From an uncultured Thermoleophilia bacterium (lineage in GTDB: Bacteria; Actinomycetota; Thermoleophilia; UBA2241): a DNA stretch of 64,000 nt. Under the pieces are notes generated by a model that was given only the letters and a program-made list of their open reading frames with translations, searched no databases and was not told the DNA's origin. The stretch spans positions 65,181 through 129,180 of the forward strand of contig CAVPXV010000004.1 in assembly GCA_963709845.1 (NCBI GenBank), read 5' to 3'. Below are positions 24,466 to 35,085 of this stretch, piece by piece (within the stretch, counting starts at the first letter, position 1; each line of letters begins with the position of its first letter). Made by a program: the position numbers and the translations under genes.

Positions 24466-24673
24466 CGCGTTCGCCAGGCTGCGCACCGGCGACCCTCGGC
24501 AGCATCGATCAATGGCAGGCACTCCCTCTGAAGGACCAAGGTGGCGGGCAGTGTCGAGTAGCGGGCAACGACTTGATGGCCGCTGCCCGCTCCCAGATCC
24601 ACGCCGGCCGAAACGCGCAGGCGCCTGTCTTGCGCGAGTTCAGAAGCCAGTCGGGGGCGTGAGCCCCAGGTAG

Positions 24674-25837
24674 CTACCGATCACCTTGGCTCCGTAGGGC
24701 GCGTTCAGCATCCCTGCGACGTGGCCGGCCTAGGCCCACCTGTCCGTAGCTCCAGCGGATGTTCCCGGCATGGGTCACCTGGATGACCTGATCGTTGAAC
24801 TGGTCGCTGATCAGCGTGTCGCCGTTCTTCAGGCGCACGGCCTGCGAAGGCGCTGGCGCGGCCACGCTGCCGGGGCGCGTGCTGGTGTCGTAGGACCAGA
24901 CCGTAGCGCCGGCGTGAGTGACCTCGACGACGCGGTTGTTGCCGCCGTCGGCGATCAGGGTGTGGCCGTTCGGCAGGCGGCTGGCGAAGGCCGGTGCGTT
25001 CAGCCCGGAGGCGTCGCTCCAGACGATGGCCTTGGCGCGGGTCACCTCGATGACGCGGTTGTTGCCCTCGTCGGCGATGAGGATGTGGCCGTTCGCGAGG
25101 AGCTCGGCGCTGTTCGGGTTGTTGAGCTGATCAGCGCCGCTTCCCGTGACGCCGGTCTGGCCGTACTGCCAGAGGATCTTCTTGGCCATGTTGACCATGA
25201 TCACGCGCGCGTTGGCCTGGTCGGTGATGAGGATGCGGCCGCCCGGCAGGTAGGTCGCCTGCACCGGCGTGTTCAGGCGATTGGGCCCGGTGCCGGTGAC
25301 CCCGGCCTTGCCGTACTGCCAGACGATCATGCCGGCCCTGTTGACGAGCAGCACGCGGCTGTCGTTGGCGCCGCCGGCGGGGTAGCCGGTCACGTTAGGA
25401 GGCGCGCCGGTGCCGGCGATCAGCGTGAGTCCGCCGGGGACGCGCTGCGCGTCGTTGGGGGCGACCACGGTCCTGGCGCCGGCGACGTAGGAGCCGGTGC
25501 CGAAGTGCCAGACGATGTGTCCGTCGCGGGCCAACTCGATGACGCGGTTGTTGAACTGATCGGCGATCAGCACATTGCCCTTCTGGTTGAAACCCGTCGC
25601 AGCGGCATTGGCCGCGGCGACGGACCCTACCCAGAGGGCAGCGAGCGTGATGAGGACGCCCGCCAACGCCAGGGACAGAAGGCGGTGACGACGACCATCG
25701 ACGATTCCTGGTCTGATGATGTGTGCCTGCCTCTCGTTAGCTGATGCGGCGCACGCGGCCGCCTGCGCGAAGATGCTCGCGACGTTCGATGCTGCGGTGA
25801 CGCAAGGTACATCGGGATCGGCGGGGATGACTGTCAA
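24674..25837 (-). CDS. NHL-repeat beta-propeller protein with an N-terminal signal/anchor
   Basis: Repeated ...NNRVIE...W.YG units (NHL repeats) follow RRHRLLSLALAGVLITLAALWVGSVAAANA. The track ORF (to 26041) overlaps the 25863..26207 gene, so the start must be downstream. Candidates are in-frame TTG at 25837 or 25666, or an out-of-frame ATG near 25697 that has a good SD and would imply yet another frameshift. Confidence 0.65.
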   Translation of the reverse strand: MTVIPADPDVPCVTAASNVASIFAQAAACAASANERQAHIIRPGIVDGRRHRLLSLALAGVLITLAALWVGSVAAANAAATGFNQKGNVLIADQFNNRVIELARDGHIVWHFGTGSYVAGARTVVAPNDAQRVPGGLTLIAGTGAPPNVTGYPAGGANDSRVLLVNRAGMIVWQYGKAGVTGTGPNRLNTPVQATYLPGGRILITDQANARVIMVNMAKKILWQYGQTGVTGSGADQLNNPNSAELLANGHILIADEGNNRVIEVTRAKAIVWSDASGLNAPAFASRLPNGHTLIADGGNNRVVEVTHAGATVWSYDTSTRPGSVAAPAPSQAVRLKNGDTLISDQFNDQVIQVTHAGNIRWSYGQVGLGRPRRRDAERALRSQGDR

Positions 25838-25862
25838 GCGCTGGTCGATCGCGACGCGACGC

Positions 25863-26207
25863 CTAGCTCGGGTTGCAGCTCTCCTGTTCGCAGCGCCGCA
25901 GGAGGAAGACGCGGTACTTCTCGAGGTCGCGCTCAAGCTGGGCCTGCGCGTGGGCGACCTCTGCCGCTGCATCGCCGCCGCTATGGGGTGTGTACTCGAC
26001 CTCGACCGAGACCCTGACGAGGCGCTCGCCCTCGGTCTCAAAGGTCACCGTGCCGGAGTCGGCGTCGGTCTCGGAGACTGACGCCGCCACGTCCTCGAAG
26101 CCTTTGGCGTAGTTGCCGTACAGTGAGCGGAAGACGAACTCGGTCCACTCCTTGTCGGCGAAGGCGATCGGTACGTCTGCCTCCACTGTTCCCTTGAGAA
26201 CGGCCAT
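25863..26207 (-). CDS. conserved small protein (114 aa), paralog of 37108..37449
   Basis: MAVLKGTVEADVPIAFADKEWTEFVFRSLYGNYAKGFEDV...KYRVFLLRRCEQESCNPS. About 55% identical to the protein at 37108..37449 and shares the C-terminal FLLRRC[ED]QESC motif. The fold is possibly SRPBCC-like. Confidence 0.6.
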   Translation of the reverse strand: MAVLKGTVEADVPIAFADKEWTEFVFRSLYGNYAKGFEDVAASVSETDADSGTVTFETEGERLVRVSVEVEYTPHSGGDAAAEVAHAQAQLERDLEKYRVFLLRRCEQESCNPS

Positions 26208-26550
26208 CGTCTCTCCTCGCTCGAAGACTGCCCGCTCACGACCGCCGCGCGAGCTTCGCAGCAGAGCATGCCCGGCTGACAGAAAAGCGGACCGTTGGAG
26301 CCGCGACCCCGCCGCTCTACGCGCGGCGTTGCGGCCTCGGGCTTCCAGGGGTCTCTAGGCGGCGTTGCGCTCGCTGCTCGCGCTCGTGGCACTGCGAACC
26401 GGCAGTGATCAGCGGACGTCCTTGCGCCACTTCCGACGAGCCTAGTATCCTGAGGCTGCGCTGGAGCTTCGGCTCCCGGCTCTCTCTGCGGCGAGCTGCA
26501 CGACGACTTCGCGTTCATGCACCGCCGCCCGCACGACGAGGTCCCCGGGC

Positions 26551-27801
26551 ATGGTCTCGACTTCGAGGTCCCCAGAACCCGATAGTACTCCCCCGACGAC
26601 GCCGAATGGCGCGGGCCCCGCGGAGTCCCCGGCCGACTCGCGCCTCACGCGCGCCGTGGTCGCCGCCGCGGCTCGCGGTCCGAGCTCTCGTCCGGTGGTC
26701 GTCCTGCTCATCGCCGTGGCTGTTGAGGCAGTCTTCCTTGTGGCGCTGGGCGCCGTGCAGCAGACCAGGCACATCCTCGGCATACCGGGGTCACTGATGG
26801 CGCTCACCGCCGTGGTCGTCGGCGCCATCGGCGGCCCCCTCGTGGGCAGCCTCGCGGCTCTCATCGGAGCCGGCATCTACTACGCGACCGTCGCCGGCTT
26901 CGGCGCCCGGGGGGCGCTGCTGCCGACGCTGATCTCGACCGCCATCTGGGTCGCCGCCGCGCTGATCTCGGCGCTGCTCTCCGACGCGCTGCGGCATCAG
27001 GCCCGCAGTGGCCGCGAAGCGGCGGTCGCCTTGGCCGCAGCGCGCACCGCCGGGCAGGCCCAGGACGACGTCGCCCGCCTGCACGAAGCGCTTGAGATGC
27101 AGCTCGTACCGCCGGCGCGCATCGAGCTCCGCGACCTTGAGGTCATCACGCGCTATGTCCCCAGCGAGGGACGCCTGCGCCTCGGCGGCGACTTCCTCGA
27201 CGTGATGAGCATGCCGCGCCGCGGGCTCGCTCTCATCATCGGCGACGTCAGCGGACACGGCCCCGCCGCGGCGGCGCTCGGGGCCACGCTGCGCGCCACC
27301 TGGCAGGGGCTCGTCATGAGCGGCGCCGACCGCGCCACGATCAGGGCGACGCTCGACGCGACGATGATCCGCGAGCGGCGCAGCGAGGACGCCTTCGCGA
27401 CCGCCTGCCTGGCCTGGATCGACCGCCTCGGCGACCGCGACCGCCTGCACGTGCTCAACATCGCCCACCCGCTGCCTCTGCTCGTGGGCCTCGAGGCCGC
27501 GCCGCTGGCGGCCCCGCCGTCGCTCCCCATGGGCGTGGGCGGCGAGGCGCGCTGGGAACCCGTGATCGTCACGCTCACGGCACCGTGGTCGCTCGTCTTC
27601 TACACCGACGGGCTCGTTGAGGGCCTCGCGGCACCGGACTCGCGTGACCGTTTCGGCGAGGCGGGTCTCGCGGCGCGGCTGAGCGGCGGGGGACTGATCG
27701 ACGAGCCGGCCGTGGATGATCTCCTGGCTCACGTCGAGGCGGCCAACGGCGCCCCGATGAGGGACGACGTGGCACTCGTCGTCGTCTCGCGCCGCGCCTG
27801 A
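26551..27801 (+). CDS. PP2C-family Ser/Thr phosphatase (SpoIIE/RsbU-like) with an N-terminal membrane domain
   Basis: 416 aa. The N-terminal half is hydrophobic. The C-terminal PPM domain has GDVSGHG and ...FYTDGLVE... motifs. Confidence 0.8.
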   Translation: MVSTSRSPEPDSTPPTTPNGAGPAESPADSRLTRAVVAAAARGPSSRPVVVLLIAVAVEAVFLVALGAVQQTRHILGIPGSLMALTAVVVGAIGGPLVGSLAALIGAGIYYATVAGFGARGALLPTLISTAIWVAAALISALLSDALRHQARSGREAAVALAAARTAGQAQDDVARLHEALEMQLVPPARIELRDLEVITRYVPSEGRLRLGGDFLDVMSMPRRGLALIIGDVSGHGPAAAALGATLRATWQGLVMSGADRATIRATLDATMIRERRSEDAFATACLAWIDRLGDRDRLHVLNIAHPLPLLVGLEAAPLAAPPSLPMGVGGEARWEPVIVTLTAPWSLVFYTDGLVEGLAAPDSRDRFGEAGLAARLSGGGLIDEPAVDDLLAHVEAANGAPMRDDVALVVVSRRA

Positions 27802-27869
27802 AGGCGGCGCCCATCAGCGTGGTTGTTTGCCGACGTCGCCAAGGGGGAGACTCGAGGTAGGCCTTCGGC

Positions 27870-28295
27870 GTGGCCTGCGTCCTCCCGGAGGATCTCGCAG
27901 GCTTCTATGGCGCTCTCCAAGGACGCGTCTCTTACCTCTCCGCACGATTCCCGACCGTTTCTGTCGATCGGCGTAGGCACGAGAAGGCCCTCTGCCCGCG
28001 CCCCGCCCGATTGGAGACCGCGATGCTGGTCTCACTCAGCTTCAGCCAAGTGCGCGAAGCGGGCCTGTTCGCCTTTCGCGAGGACCATCTTGTCTACACG
28101 CCCACGCTCGACACCATCCTCACCACCTCAAGTCGCGAGGGAAGCGAGGACCACCTGAACGGCCACCTCGACGTGCGCAGCAGCTCGCTGCGCGGCGATG
28201 AGCCGGATGTGCGCATCGGCTGGCACCACCTGCGCGAGTGTCGCTGCGTGTACTGCCGCGAGGCGCGCCTGCAGCTGATGCACGACGACGCCTGA
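27870..28295 (+). CDS. hypothetical protein (Cys-rich C-terminus)
   Basis: 141 aa ORF. A possible internal start is MLVSLSFSQVREAGLF. The C-terminus contains CRCVYC. No known domain recognised. Confidence 0.25.
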   Translation: MACVLPEDLAGFYGALQGRVSYLSARFPTVSVDRRRHEKALCPRPARLETAMLVSLSFSQVREAGLFAFREDHLVYTPTLDTILTTSSREGSEDHLNGHLDVRSSSLRGDEPDVRIGWHHLRECRCVYCREARLQLMHDDA

Positions 28296-28447
28296 CTCGA
28301 CCCGCGTGGCGAGAGTGCATGGCGTCGTGGCAGCGTGAGCCGAGCTGCCCGGAAGCAGTGCGATCGGCCCGCGCGTCTCATGACGAAGGGTCGGACCGTC
28401 ATCCCGTCATGGGCCCCGCGATAGAGGTAGAGGGCCGAGAGGGCCCC

Positions 28448-28804
28448 TCATCGACGCGGCGTGCGCGTGCGCCAGTGGAACAGCGCACCGAGCACCATGC
28501 CCAGCACCACGCCGAGGATCGCGGAGATCAGCACGAGCCAGACGAGCGAGACCGAGGAGGACCCAAACACCCAGCTGACTTTGACGTGACTCGTGTTGGC
28601 CAGCACGAGCGCGATCAAGCAGACGAGCAGGACGACCGCGGCGCCGGCAGTGAGGTACAGGCCGGTCCGGTGGGCCTTTCGCGCGAAGCGCGCGCCACGC
28701 GTCTCACCTGCGGGTTCCGTCGCGGCCGCAGTCGTCGCGGCCGCAGTGACCGCCGGACGAACGTCCGACTCTGCCTCGCCGGACGTCGGCTGTCTGGAAT
28801 CCAT
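28448..28804 (-). CDS. LapA/DUF1049-domain membrane protein
   Basis: 118 aa. A disordered N-terminus is followed by two TM helices (LYLTAGAAVVLLVCLIALVL, VWLVLISAILGVVLGMVLGALF). Confidence 0.5.
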   Translation of the reverse strand: MDSRQPTSGEAESDVRPAVTAAATTAAATEPAGETRGARFARKAHRTGLYLTAGAAVVLLVCLIALVLANTSHVKVSWVFGSSSVSLVWLVLISAILGVVLGMVLGALFHWRTRTPRR

Positions 28805-28871
28805 CGGGTCCTCCTTCTGCGGCAGACACCGCCCCGGCCATGCGCCGCCTCAGCCCCGGCGGGGGCCTCCG

Positions 28872-29321
28872 TCAGGTCTGGTGTCCGGTGTCGAGCGCGC
28901 TCACCCCGCCCTTCACCTTGACCTCGATGCGCTGCCATTCGACATCTGCGGCCTTGGGCACGCGCACCTCGACGACGCCGTTCTCGTAGCTCGCCTCGAT
29001 CGCCTCACGCTTCACGCTGTGGGGCAGCGAGATGCTGCGCTGGAAGGCGCCGTAGTGCCACTCCGTACTCTGGTACTGCTCTGTCTCCGGCCGCGCCTCC
29101 TGGTGGCGCTCACCCTTGATCGTGAGCACATCGTCCTCAAGCTCGACGTGCACGTCCTCGGGGTGCATGCCGGCGAGCTCCGCCCTGAACACGAACGCCT
29201 CGGGCGTGTCGATGATGTCCACGGCCGGCATCCAGCTGCGTTCCACGGCAGCGCCGAGCATGCGATAGAGACGCTGCAGGCTGGCGGCATCCTGGTAGGG
29301 TTCCCACCTGACGACTGGCAT
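28872..29321 (-). CDS. Hsp20/alpha-crystallin small heat-shock protein
   Basis: The internal start MPVVRWEPYQD is preceded by a perfect SD AAGGAGGA. The alpha-crystallin domain is present (AVDIIDTPEAFVFRAELAGM...VEASYENGVVEVRVPKA). Confidence 0.88.
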   Translation of the reverse strand: MPVVRWEPYQDAASLQRLYRMLGAAVERSWMPAVDIIDTPEAFVFRAELAGMHPEDVHVELEDDVLTIKGERHQEARPETEQYQSTEWHYGAFQRSISLPHSVKREAIEASYENGVVEVRVPKAADVEWQRIEVKVKGGVSALDTGHQT

Positions 29322-29338
29322 GGCCGATCCTCCTTCTC

Positions 29339-29390
29339 GCTTCACAGGCTTCACAAGAGACCCGTCGCAGCCCGGGCGGTCGCTCACAAG
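29339..29390 (-). promoter_or_regulatory. candidate operator region upstream of Hsp20 (TGTGAAGC direct repeats)
   Basis: On the coding strand, CTTGTGA ...(26 nt)... CTTGTGAAGC C TGTGAAGC lies immediately 5' of the SD. The tandem direct repeat is seen in the sequence. Any function is inferred. Confidence 0.25.
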
Positions 29391-29635
29391 CCAGCCGTGC
29401 TAAGACGTGCCTGCCTTGCCGCTCCTCGGCGCGTCACGCCAAGCCCGACCCTGAACCTGCTTGCCGTGCCACGCCTCGCCATGCCCAGCACCTGCGACGG
29501 GTATCTCTCATGTACCCTCGCAGGCCCGTCGGGACGCCGTTGGCTCCGGCGAGGCCGCCGCTGCGGCGCCGCACTCGTCGCAGCCGTGCCGTCATCGTCA
29601 CGAGAGACATCGGAGCTCACAGCTGCAAACGCAGA

Positions 29636-29675
29636 GGACCGCCATCGCGCCGGCGCAGTGGCGCGATGGCGGTCC
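29636..29675 (-). terminator. perfect 16-bp-stem palindrome downstream of the sulfatase gene
   Basis: GGACCGCCATCGCGCC-GGCGCAGT-GGCGCGATGGCGGTCC, about 40 nt 3' of the 29715 stop. Rho-independent-like hairpin with a weak U-tract. Confidence 0.45.
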
Positions 29676-29714
29676 CTGGCTGTCGGAGTTGTCCTCTCGA
29701 CCGGCCCGCTGCGG

Positions 29715-32615
29715 CTACCCGCTGATGCCGTGCCCGATCTCCATCTGGTGGTGCGCCTCGTGCAGCGCCTTGCGGTCGCTCTCCTTGGGGTGGGGAGCGA
29801 GGTCGAACACGACCTTCTTCACGGTCCCGGTGAACGCGAACGGCGACTTCTCGCCGTAGGCCTCACGGTCTACCGGAAGGCCGTTGTCACGCCCTACGTC
29901 CATGCCGGCGTACCCGGAGAAGCGCACCGGCACCGTCTTGTCCATGCGGCCTTCGCCGACTTTGCGGTCGTCGATCCACAAGCTCACGTCGCCGCCGGTG
30001 CCCGGCTTGGGCGCGTCGGCGTCGAACTGGACGCGGACGGTCACGTCGCCCGCGGGCAGCGTCTCCGTCGACTCCTGGCGGTAGACCTCGACGCCGAGGA
30101 AGCTGTAGGTGTGCCGGAGCTTGCCGCCCTGGACGAACAGGGAGAAACCGCCCATCTCGTCGGCCTCGGCCAGGATCACGCCTTCGGCGCCGCCCCTGGG
30201 CACCTGGAGGTCGGCCGAGATCGCGTAGGAGTGGCCGTAGATCCGCGGGAGCATCCCGGCGAGGACGTTCTCGACGTCGCCGTAGAAGGTCCGCTTGGTG
30301 ACCGTGGGCATGGGCGGCAGGATGCCGAAGAACACCGAGAAGCCGGCCAGGAGCGGCAGCACCTTGTGCTTCTCCGCCTCTTCCCAGAAGAGCTGCTTGA
30401 GCTCGGCGAGCTTCTCCGGTTGCTGGCCGGCGAGGTCCTTGGCCTGCGAGAAGTCGTCGGGCAGGTGGTAAAGCTCCCAGACGTCGTCCTCGGGGTCGTA
30501 TTTGTCGGGCGCGAATCGGGCCATCGTCGGCGGCGTCACGTCCCACGGCTTGCGGTCGAGCTTGGCGCAGGCCCACCAGCCGTCCTTGTACATGGCCCGG
30601 TTGCCGAAGATCTCGAAGTACTGCTGCGTGTGACGCTCGGGCGCAGCCGCGTCGTCCACGGTGTAGAGGAAGCTTGTGCCCTCCATCGGCGTCTGCGCGA
30701 CGCCGTCGACGACCTTGGCCTCGGGGATGCCAGCCGCCTCGAGGATCGTCGGCCCGATGTCGATGACGTGCGTGAACTGATGGCAAGTCGCCGGCCTCCC
30801 GATCCGTCGCGGCCAGGCGACGACCATGCCGTTGCGCGTGCCGCCGAGGTGGCTGGCGACCTGCTTGCCCCACTGGAAGGGGCAATTGCCCGCCCAGGCC
30901 CAGGCGGCGGCGTAGTGGGGCGCCGTGGCGTCGGTGCCCCAGGCGTCGAGCCCGCCGTACTGGTCGATGAGCGCGAGCTGCTGCGCCGGCGTGATCGGCA
31001 CGCCGTTGATCATGGTGAGCTCGTTGAACGAGCCCGTGAGCGTGCCTTCGAGGCTGGCGCCGTTGTCGCCCCAGATGTAGATGACGAGCGTGTCATCGAG
31101 CTCGCCCATCTCCTCGACGGCGTCCAGCAGGCGGCCCACGTTCCAGTCGGCGTTCGCGGAGTAGCCGGCGTACACTTCCATCTGGCGGGCGTAGAGCTTC
31201 TTCTCGTCATCGGAGAGGGAGTCCCAGGCGGGGAGTTCGGCGGGCCGCGGGGTGAGCTCGGCGTCGGCGGGGATCACGCCGAGCTTCTTCTGGCGCGCGA
31301 ACGTCTCCTCACGGTAGGCGTCCCAGCCGGCGTCGAACCTGCCCTTGTACTTGTCGCTCCACTCGGCCCCCACTTGGTGTGGCGCGTGGCTGCAGCCAGT
31401 GGAGTAGTAGGCGAACCAGGGCTTCGTGGGGTCCTGGGCGCGCACCGCATGCAGCCAGCTGACGCACTTGTCTGTGAGGTCGTCGGGCACGTAGTACTCG
31501 GCGCCCCCTTCGCCTTGCGGCACGCCGATGATCGTGTCGTCCTGCGTGATGACGGGGTCGTACTGACCCGTCTCGCCCGTGAGGAAGCCCCAGAAGTGGT
31601 CGAAGCCCCAGGCGTTCGGCCAGCGGTCGAAGGGGCCGGCCATGCCCTGCACGTGGTCGGGGGTGAGGTGCCACTTGCCGAAGCCCCCGGTGCTGTAGCC
31701 GTTGCCCTGCAGCACGCGCACGAACGGCGCGCAGTCCTTGGGGCGCGACGAGGTATAGCCGGGGAAGGGGCCGGGGAACTCACCGACCGAGCCGAAGCCC
31801 ACGGTGTGGTGGTTGCGGCCGGTGAGCAGAGCCGCGCGCGTCGGCGAGCAGAGCGCCGTCACGTGGAAGTGGTCGTAGGTGAGGCCGCTCTGGGCGACGC
31901 GCGTCATGGTCGGCGTCTCGATGGGACCGCCGAACGTGCTCGGGTTGCCGAAGCCGGCGTCGTCGATGAGGACCAGGAGGACGTTGGGGGCGCCCTCGGG
32001 GGGCGTCGGCGTCATGTTGATCGTCCAGTCGGCGGCCGAGGTGCGCAGCGAGCGCCCGATCGCCCCGCCGAAGGCGGGGTCGGGGATCGGCAGCACGGTG
32101 CGGTCGGGGACGAACTTGAGCGCGGCCTCGGCAAGGGCATCCTTGAGGCCGCGCACGCCCTTCTTGTCCATGGCGGCGACCGACTTGGCGGGCGTGCCGG
32201 GAAGCGCCTGCTCGGCGGCAAGGCGGTCCTCGTCGTCGACCATCGCGATGATGGCCGCCGTGCCCGGTTTGAGCTTCTCGCCGAGGCCGCTCTCCATGCC
32301 GCTCTCGACCTTGTGGTGCATGAACTTGCCGATGAGCCCGCCGGCCGCAGCGCCGACGGCGACCGAGGCGAGCAGCGGCGGTGCCGCAAGGCCGACGAGC
32401 ACGCCGACGCCGCCGCCCCAGCCGAGGCCCTTGCGGCCGAGGTGGTCGCCGGTCTGGCTGACGTGGACCTCACCGTCCGTATCGCGCTCGACGAGGATCA
32501 CGCCCTCGGTGCGGACCTTCTTGTCTTTGACCAGCGCCACGAGCGCGTCGAAGTCCTTCTCGGCCGCCTCCAGCTTCGGATAGGCGGCCATGATCACGTC
32601 GTAGGTGTCACCCAC
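29715..32615 (-). CDS. DUF1269-like membrane domain fused to an arylsulfatase (sulfatase family)
   Basis: 966 aa. The N-terminal ~170 aa (MGDTYDVIMAAYPKLEAAEKDFD...Gly-rich TM...) resemble DUF1269/general-stress membrane proteins. The remainder carries the sulfatase signature CSPTRAALLTGRNHH (formylglycine motif C-x-P-x-R) and the full arylsulfatase body. Confidence 0.8.
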   Translation of the reverse strand: MGDTYDVIMAAYPKLEAAEKDFDALVALVKDKKVRTEGVILVERDTDGEVHVSQTGDHLGRKGLGWGGGVGVLVGLAAPPLLASVAVGAAAGGLIGKFMHHKVESGMESGLGEKLKPGTAAIIAMVDDEDRLAAEQALPGTPAKSVAAMDKKGVRGLKDALAEAALKFVPDRTVLPIPDPAFGGAIGRSLRTSAADWTINMTPTPPEGAPNVLLVLIDDAGFGNPSTFGGPIETPTMTRVAQSGLTYDHFHVTALCSPTRAALLTGRNHHTVGFGSVGEFPGPFPGYTSSRPKDCAPFVRVLQGNGYSTGGFGKWHLTPDHVQGMAGPFDRWPNAWGFDHFWGFLTGETGQYDPVITQDDTIIGVPQGEGGAEYYVPDDLTDKCVSWLHAVRAQDPTKPWFAYYSTGCSHAPHQVGAEWSDKYKGRFDAGWDAYREETFARQKKLGVIPADAELTPRPAELPAWDSLSDDEKKLYARQMEVYAGYSANADWNVGRLLDAVEEMGELDDTLVIYIWGDNGASLEGTLTGSFNELTMINGVPITPAQQLALIDQYGGLDAWGTDATAPHYAAAWAWAGNCPFQWGKQVASHLGGTRNGMVVAWPRRIGRPATCHQFTHVIDIGPTILEAAGIPEAKVVDGVAQTPMEGTSFLYTVDDAAAPERHTQQYFEIFGNRAMYKDGWWACAKLDRKPWDVTPPTMARFAPDKYDPEDDVWELYHLPDDFSQAKDLAGQQPEKLAELKQLFWEEAEKHKVLPLLAGFSVFFGILPPMPTVTKRTFYGDVENVLAGMLPRIYGHSYAISADLQVPRGGAEGVILAEADEMGGFSLFVQGGKLRHTYSFLGVEVYRQESTETLPAGDVTVRVQFDADAPKPGTGGDVSLWIDDRKVGEGRMDKTVPVRFSGYAGMDVGRDNGLPVDREAYGEKSPFAFTGTVKKVVFDLAPHPKESDRKALHEAHHQMEIGHGISG

Positions 32616-33001
32616 GGTCCCCCCCTTCGTCCTGCGGGTTCAGCGCTCACCCATCCCAGCGCCTCGACCCTCTGTGCGTTCGAGAACAGCTTCATCTCAC
32701 CCGGGACCAGCCAACCCATGCGCTTCACCTGTTTGCGCACGTGGTCCAGGTCGGTGACGACCGCGATGCGTTCGAACGAGAACGCATGCAGCGCCCCGAG
32801 CTTCGCGTCAGCCCACCCGCCGCCGGCCTCGTAGCCGGTGAACCGCTCACCGAGGACGTGCAGCAGGCTGATCTTCTTGTGCCGGGACAGTGCGTCCTCG
32901 ACCGCAGGGATGGCTACCGAGGAGTAGTCGCGCGACGTCACTTCGCCGACCGCCTCCAGACCGACCACCCCATCGGGAAGCCCCTCGATCAGCTCGATCA
33001 T
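32594..33001 (-). CDS. STAS/SpoIIAA-like domain protein
   Basis: Internal start MIELIEGLPDGVVGLEAVGEVTSRDY..., about 135 aa, with an anti-anti-sigma-like composition. It overlaps the sulfatase start by about 20 nt. Confidence 0.5.
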   Translation of the reverse strand: MIELIEGLPDGVVGLEAVGEVTSRDYSSVAIPAVEDALSRHKKISLLHVLGERFTGYEAGGGWADAKLGALHAFSFERIAVVTDLDHVRKQVKRMGWLVPGEMKLFSNAQRVEALGWVSAEPAGRRGGPWVTPTT

Positions 33002-33181
33002 CGCACCCCCTCTCATCCGGGGCGCACACCCTGCGGCCCCAGCTCACCCGCACGGTTCTACCCACCGGTGGGACGCGGGCAACGCCGTGGACTGTTTGAC
33101 CGCGAGCGCGGGCCGGTGTGCGAGCAGGGGTTGAAGCGGGCACTGACGGGCGCAGGCAAGGGAGGCGGAGTGGAGAGAAGA

Positions 33182-33257
33182 TGGCTGGCGAGGAAGGACT
33201 CGAACCTTCAATCCCCTGATCCAGAGTCAGGTGCCTTGCCAATTAGGCCACTCGCCA
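33182..33257 (-). tRNA. tRNA-Gln (anticodon CUG), CCA encoded
   Basis: Own fold of the reverse strand: UGGCGAG-UG-GCC-UAAUUGGCAA-GGC-A-CCUGA-CUCUGGA-UCAGG-GGAUU-GAAGG-UUCGAGU-CCUUC-CUCGCCA-G-CCA. Cloverleaf with a U1:A72 pair (typical of tRNA-Gln) and a CUG anticodon. Confidence 0.85.
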
Positions 33258-33343
33258 GCGATGCCCGCGGGGCAGGCAGAGTCTACCCCGAGAGGGGACC
33301 CCCCTCAACCGTGGGCGGGGCCCGGCGAAGCCGGACAGAGCAG

Positions 33344-35044
<1,701 letters not shown>

Positions 35045-35085
35045 GGGGCCGAGGATAGCACAGGGCGGCGCCTGCGCCGTGCAGG

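Noticed and set aside
28593-32834. 1413-aa ORF on the plus strand
   Set aside because: It is antisense to Hsp20, an intergenic region and the sulfatase. Its composition is Arg/Gly/Ala/Asp/His-rich low complexity and it spans known intergenic sequence without a stop. This is the classic stop-codon-poor antisense frame of a 70% GC genome.
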